DNA of 64,000 nt. Origin: a virus (lineage: Duplodnaviria > Caudoviricetes). The stretch's first letter is position 1. Every line of letters begins with the position of its first letter. Where the stretch lies: IMG/VR virus record IMGVR_UViG_2912874417_000004, positions 66,194-130,193 of that record. The stretch is one strand, 5' to 3'. Of the stretch, positions 8,899 through 18,614 are shown in pieces. The position numbers were made by a program, and so were the translations under genes. The notes below the pieces were generated by a model, which saw nothing but the letters and a program-made list of their open reading frames with translations, was not told the origin of the DNA and did not search any database.

Positions 8899-9822
8899 TT
8901 ATGATGGATAAGAAATGAAAGTCCAGAAATTACCTAATATTAACGGGTCATTGCGATCATCGCTCCAATAAATCCAAGCAGCTAGGGTACTATCTTCTCT
9001 TTGCTTCGTATAGGTTAGGTCAAATTTTGTATTTGTATTCCCTACACTAATTGTTTGATTGTTAGACCCAATAATCTGACCTGAAAGATCTTCCTGCAAA
9101 GCAATAATAACTGTTCGAGAGGCACCTTCAGTCCTTATAGTAGGTAAGAATCTATAATTCCCAGTTTTCCCTCCCATCGAGTAGTAAACATAATGATAAT
9201 CTTGTTCTGGTTTTGTACTAATCATGTAAAGATCATAGTCCCATGATTGATTACTTGTTCCTTGTCTATATTCTAATTTTACATCTGCATCTCGATTTTT
9301 CCAGTTTCTGTCGAACACTCGAATATCTGGGACACTTACTCCAGCTAGTATTTTATCGATATATTGTTTTACATCACTAGGTGTTCCAACATATTCTATC
9401 ACTGCCTCCACCGTAATCCGGATGTGTGCACCTGCACCAAATTGTTCTCCTCTAGCTGTTGCATTTCCTACAATTCTTCTTCTCAAGACTTGGTATTCCT
9501 CAACTTGGCGTCTAATATTATTCCATCTAGAATCTAAATCTACTGTTCCCCATATTTTAGCATATCTCCATTCAACATGTGCTTCTAGATTCCCCCTTAT
9601 ATCTTCCGTATTAATTATTCTATAACCTGCAGGTGCTGTCCCAGTGCTCGCTGTTGCGATTCCTCTGTTAACCTCCGTTATTTCTTTATGATTTATTAAA
9701 ATGTATCCTTCTGGCGGTTCATATTCTTTAGAATCCCTATCTGTTGTCGGCTGTGCCCCTCCTCTCGCTTCAGCATCTAAAGTAAAAGCAGTTACAGTTT
9801 CTCGATGTCCAATTTCAGGCAT
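8899..9822 (-). CDS. hypothetical beta-rich protein (307 aa)
   Basis: AAAGGTGA RBS; own terminator at about 8858-8885; no family recognised. Confidence 0.75.
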   Translation of the reverse strand: MPEIGHRETVTAFTLDAEARGGAQPTTDRDSKEYEPPEGYILINHKEITEVNRGIATASTGTAPAGYRIINTEDIRGNLEAHVEWRYAKIWGTVDLDSRWNNIRRQVEEYQVLRRRIVGNATARGEQFGAGAHIRITVEAVIEYVGTPSDVKQYIDKILAGVSVPDIRVFDRNWKNRDADVKLEYRQGTSNQSWDYDLYMISTKPEQDYHYVYYSMGGKTGNYRFLPTIRTEGASRTVIIALQEDLSGQIIGSNNQTISVGNTNTKFDLTYTKQREDSTLAAWIYWSDDRNDPLILGNFWTFISYPS

Positions 9823-10066
9823 ACCTAATCACCTTTCTAAATGTTCTTAGGTATTTTATTCAAATTGAATTCGACTGTTACATTTTTATGTGAATTCCTT
9901 CTCCGTATAATACTTTCTCCAAACCCTTTTCAAATTTATCCTGTATTTTCAGTCTCCACCCACTTATGCTAATTTAAAAATGATTTCATAGCTAAGTCCC
10001 TTTTTACAAAATAAATTCAATTGCTTATTCTGAGTTCATTACCTATCTTGATAAAATATGCATTTT

Positions 10067-10170
10067 ATTTTATTTTTGCTCTTAAAATATGTATACTTCT
10101 CTGTTGTTTTAACTTGATTTAAGTATAGCATGACTATTTTAAATAATCAATAACTATTTTATTTTTATTC
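10067..10170 (-). promoter_or_regulatory. sigmaA promoter module with operator boxes
   Basis: TTGATT(10150-10145)-17 bp-TATACT(10127-10122) with TG extension; boxes at 10067-10081 and 10156-10170. Confidence 0.7.
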
Positions 10171-10187
10171 TCAAAGTGCGTATTTTG

Positions 10188-11792
10188 TTATGATGTAAGC
10201 ATGAGAAGCTTCGATGTATCCAGGATATAATAAGAAGCGTTATTTACCGTTTCATTGTAAGATTGCGCACCCTCAAAATTATTGATTACGTCTTTTTCTT
10301 CTGCTGTCATATCCTGATATTTTACCTTGCCGTATGAAGGAGGAAGCCAATTTTTCTTTTGGCTGCCAAAGATATTAAATTTCTTTAGAATTTCCATATC
10401 TTTAAACTCGATGTGACATGTTCCTTTTTTATAGAAAGTTACATAAAAGTACTTTAATTCTATTTTTTTCGTTTCGCCGTAATGCTCAGCTAGCTTTAAA
10501 GTTTCATCTATGTTTATGTCTTCTGTTAACCCATTGTCAAGGTAATTGAAAACTTTTTCGATATCCTTCAACTTTTCTAAGACCTTGTAGTCTGTTGGAT
10601 TATACCGATCATCTAGCCAACTGCAATACCCGTTTAGTGGAATAATTATTTTTTTATTAATTTTATATGATTTATTTGTTTTCCACCCATTATATAAGTG
10701 CACATTTTTTGATGATTCATCATAGTAATGCTTGTGGCTAAATTCTTCAAAAAGGTTAAGTATTGTATCTTCTACGCCCTGTGTCATCTCTTTGCTCATC
10801 TGAATTCTTAATGTATAGATATTGAACAAAGAAAAGTCATAATCTTTTAATTCCTCAACGTGCTGCAAGTACTTTTGTTTCAGGTTGCTTGTAAAGAGCC
10901 CCATAAACTGATCATTGTTAAATAACGTATTCCAATACTTCGCCCTAATTTGTTTTATATATGCATTCTCTATGTCATTTTCTTCGGCATTCTTATCAAT
11001 CTGCAGCTTCAATATTGGAGCACTGTCTTCATTGAATCTATGCAGCATTAAGGGTTTCAAACTGTTGTATTCATTGATTAATTTTAAACCCGCTTTGATT
11101 TCATAGTTGAACTGTTCTACAATCCCTTTTATAAAGTCTGCATTCACTAACTGTGTTGCTTTATAATCCTCATTAATTCTATGTGACTCATCTTTTTTCA
11201 ATTCTTCTATTAGAACGCTGCTATATTCTTGTTTTTCAATGCTTATGTAAATTAGTGCTGTTTCAACTTCTGTGTTTCGTTCGGAGTTATGGAAAGCATT
11301 TTGAACATATTCAACTTCTGCATTTATTTCCTCTAGCTTACGAATGAGAAATTTCCTGTCATTTGAATACGGATTTTTTAATGTTTCGGCGTTTAACAAG
11401 CAAACAATTTGGCCAGATCTTTGTTGCTTCTCAATTAACTCAATGGCCTTTAATAAGTGTTTAGCACCGTTGCTAAAAGGTGGATTCATAAAAATCAAAT
11501 CGTACCTCTTGTAAGTGTTAAACGTCAGAAAATCATCTGCAATCACTCTGTAATCTTTGCCTTTAAGTATGTGTCGTAAGTTTTCATCTTGTTCAATTGT
11601 ATCAATGTCATATTTCGAATTCATTCTATAGTTGCTGGTGTTTTTAAATTGATTGTGAATAGCTTCTACTAAATTCCCTTTGCCTGCTGAGGGCTCCAGA
11701 ACGGAGTTAATGTACTTCCATTCTACTTTAGATGTCATTTTTCGGATTAACTGTGGTGGTGTCGGATAAAAATCCGGATTATCTTTAAACAT
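10188..11792 (-). CDS. N6-adenine-type DNA methyltransferase with DUF4942-like C-terminus
   Basis: FYPTP, VLEPSAGKG (SAM motif I), MNPPF (motif IV); C-terminal FYKKGTCHIEF. Confidence 0.85.
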   Translation of the reverse strand: MFKDNPDFYPTPPQLIRKMTSKVEWKYINSVLEPSAGKGNLVEAIHNQFKNTSNYRMNSKYDIDTIEQDENLRHILKGKDYRVIADDFLTFNTYKRYDLIFMNPPFSNGAKHLLKAIELIEKQQRSGQIVCLLNAETLKNPYSNDRKFLIRKLEEINAEVEYVQNAFHNSERNTEVETALIYISIEKQEYSSVLIEELKKDESHRINEDYKATQLVNADFIKGIVEQFNYEIKAGLKLINEYNSLKPLMLHRFNEDSAPILKLQIDKNAEENDIENAYIKQIRAKYWNTLFNNDQFMGLFTSNLKQKYLQHVEELKDYDFSLFNIYTLRIQMSKEMTQGVEDTILNLFEEFSHKHYYDESSKNVHLYNGWKTNKSYKINKKIIIPLNGYCSWLDDRYNPTDYKVLEKLKDIEKVFNYLDNGLTEDINIDETLKLAEHYGETKKIELKYFYVTFYKKGTCHIEFKDMEILKKFNIFGSQKKNWLPPSYGKVKYQDMTAEEKDVINNFEGAQSYNETVNNASYYILDTSKLLMLTS

Positions 11793-11838
11793 TTTGTGCT
11801 CCCCTTTTTAGGGAATGAGATGTTTTCCCATCCCCTCA

Positions 11839-13725
11839 TTAGTTTATAGACTTATATGTGTTGATTATTGCTTTGAAGCTTTTTTTATTTAAATAACCTA
11901 AAACCTCATCGAATTGTCTTTTGTCGCAAGAGTGGTACTTACTATGAATTATTTTCATTCCATCTGGTTTAACCTCTACATTATTCAATACTGTTTCGGG
12001 AAGTGAGTGCCACCCTTTGAACATCAATAATTCTGAATAGAAGTGACGATAATATAATTTTCTTTTACTTTCAGGACGGTATGTCAACTTGACTGCATTA
12101 TCATATTGGGCATATTTAGTTGGCCGGTAACTGTCATATGTTATTCTTTCAGTAATTAAAGAGCCAAGATCAGATATGTAAAACAGAGTATATTTTTCAC
12201 CTTTTTCAAGATCAACATTTTTAAATTGTTCTTGAATGCTGTCAACTTCATGGAGAATTCTGTATAACGAAATTTTCAATTCTTCTATATCTACTTGTTG
12301 GATAATTTTTTTCTTCAACTTCAAACTTCTAAACTTCAACTTTTCTTTAAATAAAGATTTATATTTGCTCCAGTCTTCCTTTTTCCAGGTCTTATGTATA
12401 TTTAATTCCTCAATTACCGAAGTTGAAATATCTTCCAACACATCTGCTTGATATTTTAACTCCTCTAATTCTCCTTCTTTTAACGCTTGCTTATGAGAAA
12501 TTGACTTTTCAGTTTTTGCATTGTCCACTAAACCAACATACCTTGCATAAGAATGGCCTTGAGCGTCTACAATAAATTGCAATTTCCCGCCGTAGTACAC
12601 TCCTACGCCATATAAATTCCATTTAACTGTGTTCTTTTCTAAATCGTCCATATTGTAATAATCAATCATTGAGTTGATTCTGTTGTCTTCCGTAAAACTT
12701 CCACCGGTTTCCGCAAGAAAATCAAAATCATTTAAAAGCAAGTTAGAAAAGTTGGTTAAAGCTTCTTCAGTATTGAAATGCACTTCTTTTGTAATTTTCA
12801 CATTTTCAAGTCTGTAGTCACCTTTAACAACCTCGTCTTTATATTGATTAAGTGTTTGATTTTTGTTTAAGTTGGCAAACTGTGCATCAATAACAAAATA
12901 CTCTTGATCTTCATTCAATTGTTTTACTACAACGCTGCTATAGATATTTTCGGCTTGTTTCTTCTCTTCTCCTTGCCGTCTCTTATATTCAGCATTTTTA
13001 AGCTCTTGCTCTTTTAAATATTCCTGAAGTTCTTTTTCTTTTCTCGCTTTCTCGGCTTCTTCGAATTCTTCTGTCTTTGAATCAAACAGTGTCATATCTT
13101 CTTTAATTTCTTCTGTTTGTTCTGTCACTATATATTCCCAATCTAATGAAACACGACCATAGAAATTGTAACTACCTGCGTAATCAGTGTAAGGATCTGC
13201 TGGGCTGTAGCAATGGCGATAATTGTTTAAAAGGCTGTTGCAATAATCATAAATCGCAGTCAAATAAGCTGAGCCTTTTTCATAAGGACTTGATTTGATT
13301 GTGATGTTAATAGTGCTATGTGAATTGCTTCCCCCAGTAGTAACAGAGAATTTGCATTGTGGGAAACGTTGTCTTATATGCTTTCTTATTTCCTTTGCCA
13401 TTTCTTTTACTTCTTGTTCCTTATTTACTTCTACTTCACTCCATTGTGTTGCATCCCACAGACTCATTTTTACGCCCTTAGCTTTCTTTTTGGTTTTAGT
13501 GATTGTTTTAGAAGATGAGATTTCTTGTTTATTGACACCATTAGCGACCTGCATTGATTTTTCTGTCCGCTTGCTCCACCAACATTTTTTGAATCCAGAG
13601 TATCGAAAACCGTTTGATTTAAGATGAGTTAAAACCTCTTGTTCTGGTTTACTATCAAAATAAAGTTCAATTCCGTTTAACTCTTCGTTAATTCTTAAAA
13701 CAGCTGTCATTTTCAATCTCCCCAT
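11839..13725 (-). CDS. large polyvalent-protein-associated (LPD29-like) domain protein
   Basis: N-terminal NGIELYFDSKP...GFRYS..KKCWW module and AKEIRKHIRQRFPQCKFSVT module typical of polyvalent phage/plasmid proteins. Confidence 0.6.
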   Translation of the reverse strand: MGRLKMTAVLRINEELNGIELYFDSKPEQEVLTHLKSNGFRYSGFKKCWWSKRTEKSMQVANGVNKQEISSSKTITKTKKKAKGVKMSLWDATQWSEVEVNKEQEVKEMAKEIRKHIRQRFPQCKFSVTTGGSNSHSTINITIKSSPYEKGSAYLTAIYDYCNSLLNNYRHCYSPADPYTDYAGSYNFYGRVSLDWEYIVTEQTEEIKEDMTLFDSKTEEFEEAEKARKEKELQEYLKEQELKNAEYKRRQGEEKKQAENIYSSVVVKQLNEDQEYFVIDAQFANLNKNQTLNQYKDEVVKGDYRLENVKITKEVHFNTEEALTNFSNLLLNDFDFLAETGGSFTEDNRINSMIDYYNMDDLEKNTVKWNLYGVGVYYGGKLQFIVDAQGHSYARYVGLVDNAKTEKSISHKQALKEGELEELKYQADVLEDISTSVIEELNIHKTWKKEDWSKYKSLFKEKLKFRSLKLKKKIIQQVDIEELKISLYRILHEVDSIQEQFKNVDLEKGEKYTLFYISDLGSLITERITYDSYRPTKYAQYDNAVKLTYRPESKRKLYYRHFYSELLMFKGWHSLPETVLNNVEVKPDGMKIIHSKYHSCDKRQFDEVLGYLNKKSFKAIINTYKSIN

Positions 13726-13736
13726 TCTTTATAATG

Positions 13737-13830
13737 ATTTTATTTTTACTCTAAATGTATGTAATCCTTTGACTTGATTTAATTTTAACATGATCACTAT
13801 AAATATTCAATAGTTATTTTATTTTTATTC
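13737..13830 (-). promoter_or_regulatory. sigmaA promoter module with operator boxes
   Basis: TTGAAT(13810-13805)-17 bp-TAAAAT(13787-13782); boxes at 13737-13751 and 13816-13830. Confidence 0.7.
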
Positions 13831-14017
13831 TAAAAAAGAAAATTATATTATCGAGGTTCAGCTTGCTGAAACGAGACGGCCGTAAAGGCACTTTACGGAC
13901 GAATTTATTATTTTTTTATTTAATTATTACCCCTCTTCCCCTTTAAGGGACACACCCTTCAAACCCTTGGGACAGTTGACTTTTTTTTATGATTTATTGC
14001 TTTATTTGCAATAAGGG

Positions 14018-15250
14018 TTACAAATCATTATTTAACCAATCAATAAACATTAACCTCATTCTTCTTGATGGAATGTAAATTGAAATCGAATCATTATTTC
14101 TTATGCTACTTCTCCATATCCATTGAATCATTTCTGAAAGGGCAAAATAAGTCTCATCAACTTTAACACCCTTAGAGCTAAAATATTCAACTAATAATGG
14201 ATTACAATAACGGTTAATAGCATAAACCAGTGTATTTTTATGACTATGTTCATTTGTAGACCGGATATTACATGGTATGAATCCCTTAGTATATCCCTTG
14301 CCTGAAAGCCTTGGTTTATAATCAATAAACGTTGTCCACATATTAAAGTTTGATTTAGACTTACATATGTTCTGAAAGTAATTCAGGATATTATTCTGCA
14401 GTCGTTTATGTAAAACCCTTTTGTTTCTGTACCATCCTTTTGATAAAGAGTACTTTTCTTCACCGATTTTATTAAGATCACCATCATATACATTTATCTT
14501 GTTTTTAATTTTATTCTTAATATGCTTGTCTGCTGCTGAATCATACGGCACGCACTTATATTTTCCCTTATCTTTTTTAATCATATATTTCTCATAAGGA
14601 ATGTTATTTAAATCATAATAATACTTCTGTAACTGCCCATCGAACAGATATGTTAAGTTGTATACTTCTTTAAACAATTTGAATATGTCAGCAGGAAAGT
14701 TCCATAGTATGACTGAATCATTATGTAATATTAAATTGTTATTCAATGCAAGTTGTTTCAAGTGTTTAAACTCTCCATCATATTCCCTTTGCATATTCTT
14801 TTCTTGTTCCATATTCCAGATTATTCGATCGTCTTTATTTATTATCCAGTTATTTTTAAATAACATATCCAGGTCATCTGCAGATATGTTTAACTGTTTT
14901 ACAACCTCTATTGCCTCGTCCAGTATCAAAGTATAATTACCTGAATAGATGAGTTCTTTTGTTGTCTCATTTGCCATCTTAAAGAGTGCGTGTGTAGTTG
15001 CTATATTCTTATTATCTGAAAGGTGTTTATGTAATGAATCCAGTTTATAAAATGTTTCTCCGTTAACGCTGTGTATCTTAGGTTCAATAAACTTCTTATC
15101 AGGACATGCTTCCTTGATCCTCTTCACCTCATCAAGATAAGGTGTAATAAAAATAAACTTATCATCTGTAGGTGCTTCATTCATCTTTTGAATCATGTAA
15201 CTTGTCTTACCCGATCCCATTATAGAATCAATTATTTTAATTTTATCCAT
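14018..15250 (-). CDS. yonV: YonV-like P-loop helicase-like protein
   Basis: 410 aa; Walker A MGSGKT, Walker B LILDEA, C-terminal QWIWRSSIR; synteny. Confidence 0.8.
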   Translation of the reverse strand: MDKIKIIDSIMGSGKTSYMIQKMNEAPTDDKFIFITPYLDEVKRIKEACPDKKFIEPKIHSVNGETFYKLDSLHKHLSDNKNIATTHALFKMANETTKELIYSGNYTLILDEAIEVVKQLNISADDLDMLFKNNWIINKDDRIIWNMEQEKNMQREYDGEFKHLKQLALNNNLILHNDSVILWNFPADIFKLFKEVYNLTYLFDGQLQKYYYDLNNIPYEKYMIKKDKGKYKCVPYDSAADKHIKNKIKNKINVYDGDLNKIGEEKYSLSKGWYRNKRVLHKRLQNNILNYFQNICKSKSNFNMWTTFIDYKPRLSGKGYTKGFIPCNIRSTNEHSHKNTLVYAINRYCNPLLVEYFSSKGVKVDETYFALSEMIQWIWRSSIRNNDSISIYIPSRRMRLMFIDWLNNDL

Positions 15251-15330
15251 GATATATACAGACTTCCCCCTTTAATATTAAAAATAAAGGAACGGATAAA
15301 TGTTTTACCGCTCCTTCTCATGTATGAAAT

Positions 15331-15579
15331 TCAATTGTTGATTCTTTCTTCAAGATCATGAATACGTCTTTCAAGTCCAGAGAATTTCTTATCATTGTAT
15401 CGGTGGTCACTTTCAATATTCTTGTTAATAATCTTAAGCATGGATACAACCTCTTCAGGTTCATTTTCTTCGATTCGTTTAACCGTTTCTTTAATATCCT
15501 TAACGTCCTGCTTAATTGTGTTAATATCCTTAGAAAGTTGCTGTATCGCTTCAAAGATTTGATTTTCCATTCCGCTCAC
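15331..15579 (-). CDS. YonU-like coiled-coil protein
   Basis: Heptad pattern; AGAGGTGA RBS; position between yoyJ and yonV. Confidence 0.6.
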   Translation of the reverse strand: MSGMENQIFEAIQQLSKDINTIKQDVKDIKETVKRIEENEPEEVVSMLKIINKNIESDHRYNDKKFSGLERRIHDLEERINN

Positions 15580-15620
15580 CTCTAATAAGCTTAGTATAGC
15601 ATGATGTCAGTTAGATTTGT

Positions 15621-15824
15621 TTACCTTCTTTTGGCGTATACAAAGTAAGCGATCCATGACAAAATGACAATGATACACGTTACTATGAAGATAGCCGTAA
15701 TAAGCGACTGTATTCCGCTGCTAAAATAATCTTTGATGAAAAGGAATAATAAGAATAAAACAACAAATGTAATGTTCGTAAACCATAATGAGAATCGTTT
15801 CATGTTTACAATGTGCTTGTCCAT
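15621..15824 (-). CDS. yoyJ: YoyJ-like small hydrophobic protein (second SR6-controlled toxin candidate)
   Basis: Two TM segments; immediately downstream of yonT. Confidence 0.65.
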   Translation of the reverse strand: MDKHIVNMKRFSLWFTNITFVVLFLLFLFIKDYFSSGIQSLITAIFIVTCIIVILSWIAYFVYAKRR

Positions 15825-15837
15825 GTTATAATATGGG

Positions 15838-15938
15838 TAGTGACTAAAGGGGAATTAATCCCCTTTAGCGTGTTATCTGCGTATACGTTTGCGTTGTCTC
15901 TTGCTACGGAGGCGCTTGCGTGTACGCTTTTTATTTTT
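15838..15938 (+). ncRNA. SR6-like antisense antitoxin RNA
   Basis: TTTACA(15805-10) and TGTTATAAT extended -10 (15824-32); 5' hairpin CTAAAGGGGA/TCCCCTTTAG; 3' hairpin GCGTATACG...CGTGTACGC plus T run; antisense to the yonT 3' end; boundaries approximate. Confidence 0.7.
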
Positions 15939-16052
15939 GCTTTTCTTATTCTTCATCAGGTTTTGAATCTTCTCAGCTATCGTTAAACAGTTGATGATTA
16001 AAACCGTGATAGGAATAAGGAAAGCAATTGTTATACCCACTTTCTCAAGCAC
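15873..16052 (-). CDS. yonT: YonT type I toxin
   Basis: GTG start after AGGAGGTG; MLEKVGITIAFLIPITVLIINCLTIAEK plus highly basic tail KKRTRKRLRSKRQRKRIRR, as in SPbeta YonT. Confidence 0.88.
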   Translation of the reverse strand: MLEKVGITIAFLIPITVLIINCLTIAEKIQNLMKNKKSKNKKRTRKRLRSKRQRKRIRR

Positions 16053-16124
16053 TATGTACACCTCCTTTCCTATAACTCTATTATAGCACACTTCCCCTAA
16101 AAAGTCATTTTATTTTTACTCTCA

Positions 16125-17030
16125 AAATGGATTTTATTAAATTATTTTGGACTATTATTCATGGGTGTTTGTAGGCTGTATAAGGCATGTATGTGGATTG
16201 GATACCAATGATACTATGATTAATTTAAAATTGATTCTAGGTGTATTAGAATGCTTCTGATGATGTTATGGTCAGTGTGATATGGGATGGATATATGATG
16301 ATGTGTGGTGAATGGAAACGGATAGAGATGATTAGGTAAGATTCAGGGTGGATGTAATGAGATGAAGGGTGAGAAGAAATATTATTAGAGTGAATATAAA
16401 ATAGGTGTGTGAATTGATGAGTAAATTGTATAGATAACACTTCGATTTGCTCCCTCTCGTTATACACACGATTATTTTTAATGAATGAGTATTCATATTT
16501 TAATTGACCGCTTAATTATTTTTTCAAAAATAAATATTGTTTTTCATTTGAAATTGTGTTAGATTTGCAAATTTATCAGCCAAATCATAAAAACCCTACA
16601 TAACGTATCTTATATAGGGAATTAAATACCAATATATAGGGGGTATATTAACATCTAAAGGCCAAAAAATAGGAACAAATGTACCCCTAGCACTTCCATT
16701 TCCACACCCTACTTATTTTTTCACTTTCCCGTTTTTAGCCTTTTTTCGCATCGTAATCGCTATCGTAAAAGCCTATAATATCAATGTTTTTCCACCCCTT
16801 ATTCTCTCCTTTTTCATCAGATTCTTAAATAAACAACCACTTTTCCTCTCTCCTGTCTACGTTTTACGATCACAAAACACCTATTATCCCCTTTGACATC
16901 TCTAAAACATTGCTATATCAACTAAATAACCCTTTCCAATCTTCATTTACGATAAGCACTTTTTTAGGTCACGATCACCCGGGGGTCATTAAAAATCAAA
17001 ATAAAAAAAGCCACCATAATAGGTAGCTTC
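16125..17030. other. about 900 bp non-coding cis-acting locus with G-rich to C-rich skew switch and ACGAT repeats
   Basis: C-poor tract at about 16240-16435, C-rich tract at about 16690-16980, inverted GGGGTA/TACCCC at 16637-16690; function not determined. Confidence 0.45.
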
Positions 17031-17039
17031 CCTTTAAAA

Positions 17040-18152
17040 TTAACGTTTTAGTCTCTTCAGTGCCTCCATATACGAGGTCTTTTTCGATTCCTTGTTCTCC
17101 AGTTTCTTCGGTTTAAATAAATCCTCTCTACGGCGATTCTTCGCTTTATAAACAGTTGTTTCTTTAACTTCAGTGTTCCCATTTTCAATTAAATCATCTA
17201 ACTGCTTCATTCGCTCATTGATCCAGGTTAATCCACTAAGAATCGTTATCGCCCTATTACCTTTATCATAATGCCCTTTAAATAAGTCTAGGGGCATCTT
17301 GTTATCAAAGACATTAAACAGCTCATTATACGATATATGCTCCGTTAAGAACTCATGAACATCCAGAATAACTCCAGCTCTCATCACATTTGTAAACTCA
17401 ACAGGAGTAAATATCGAATTGTTCCACGACTTCTGTATATCTTCATGTAGCTTATCAAAATACTTGCCCTCATTTGTAAATTCATTGAGGTTTGCTTGGG
17501 CAATAGTCATGATTCCTGGTGTATCAAACAGCTGATTTAAATCCTTCCTGTCTAAGGTGCTGATCTTTGATCCTCTGTCCGTGTAATTAAGTAAGACTTC
17601 AATTAAATCCAGGAACATTTTGTTTGTTTCCTTGTAGAGTCTGCTCTCTGAAATCTTTCCTTCGTATTTGCGAAAAACCATTTGATTATCCAAAGGTAAA
17701 ACACAGGTCTCTGGCAGAGATAATTCATCTAGTAGCTCCAGCGAATTAATCTGATTAACCAATACCTCATTGTTATCAGGAAGGATTGGAACAGCAACTA
17801 TGGTTTTATGAGCAAGGTATTCGTTTAACAATTCTAATAATATAGGAGCTACCCCTGAACCGGTTCCACCAGCTGCAGAGAAAGCAACAAATATGACTTG
17901 TACTGAAGGCTTTTCCATTGTGTTCTTTATAAACTCAATTGAAGATTCCCAGTTGTTTTTCATATGTTTCGCTGCTATGCTTCTGTCTTTACCTACTCCT
18001 TCTGTCCCTACCAGATGAAGCTTATCTTGAATATTGATTAATGAATTAAGGTCTGAAAGTGAATAATTTATTGCAACAGAATGAAATCCTCTCTTCATTG
18101 CTTCATCTGCTACACTTCCACCGGCCTGTCCAACTCCAATAAATCCAAACAT
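17040..18152 (-). CDS. tubZ: tubulin/FtsZ-family GTPase (TubZ/PhuZ-like)
   Basis: GVGQAGG, GVGKD, AAGGTGSG tubulin signature, LDN, T7-like TLDRKD; basic C-terminal tail. Confidence 0.9.
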   Translation of the reverse strand: MFGFIGVGQAGGSVADEAMKRGFHSVAINYSLSDLNSLINIQDKLHLVGTEGVGKDRSIAAKHMKNNWESSIEFIKNTMEKPSVQVIFVAFSAAGGTGSGVAPILLELLNEYLAHKTIVAVPILPDNNEVLVNQINSLELLDELSLPETCVLPLDNQMVFRKYEGKISESRLYKETNKMFLDLIEVLLNYTDRGSKISTLDRKDLNQLFDTPGIMTIAQANLNEFTNEGKYFDKLHEDIQKSWNNSIFTPVEFTNVMRAGVILDVHEFLTEHISYNELFNVFDNKMPLDLFKGHYDKGNRAITILSGLTWINERMKQLDDLIENGNTEVKETTVYKAKNRRREDLFKPKKLENKESKKTSYMEALKRLKR

Positions 18153-18436
18153 TAAACCCTCTCCCCTTCTAATTGATATCGTAAAGCTTCTTGTCCATAT
18201 TGAGTAATAAAAACTGTATGCTCTTTGCTATTTTTCACTATATTAATAAACTGCAAGGCCTCAAGACGATCGATGCTCTTTCTAAAGGTGGCTTCAGTTA
18301 ACTGAGTTTTTGCTTGAATGGTTTTCTTCCTAATTGATTTAAACATTAAATCTGCCCCTTCATCGCTCAATAAGCCTAGAATATACAAATCATTTCGAGT
18401 TAAATTATCAATGACTGAATCAAAATAAGTATCCAT
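18152..18436 (-). CDS. winged-helix DNA-binding protein, TubR-like adaptor (start ATG 18436)
   Basis: AAGGAGGGG RBS; wHTH pattern LTEATFRKSIDRLEALQFI...VFITQYG; TAATG translational coupling to tubZ. Confidence 0.7.
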   Translation of the reverse strand: MDTYFDSVIDNLTRNDLYILGLLSDEGADLMFKSIRKKTIQAKTQLTEATFRKSIDRLEALQFINIVKNSKEHTVFITQYGQEALRYQLEGERV

Positions 18437-18502
18437 GTAACCCCTCCTTAATATCTGATGATTTTGAAGTATCTTGGTTGATATACGATTATTATATTGT
18501 TC

Positions 18503-18545
18503 ATTTGCATTTAAATGCAAATACTTTTGTATCTTAATGCAAATA
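18503..18545. promoter_or_regulatory. 20-bp perfect palindrome plus extra half-site in the tubR/XRE divergent region
   Basis: ATTTGCATTTAAATGCAAAT (18503-18522); AATGCAAATA repeated at 18536-18545. Confidence 0.55.
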
Positions 18546-18614
18546 ATTACACTCTGCTTGTATGTAAACCAGTCATTTTATAAAATTTATTCAAACAGCA
18601 AAAGGATGATTTAA

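Noticed and set aside
16246-16467. His/Ile/Ser-rich 73-aa ORF
   Set aside because: Composition is an artefact of the C-free skewed tract; no convincing RBS
17040-18152. Host cell-division ftsZ
   Set aside because: Divergent sequence, phage context, coupled to a wHTH gene, no dcw cluster
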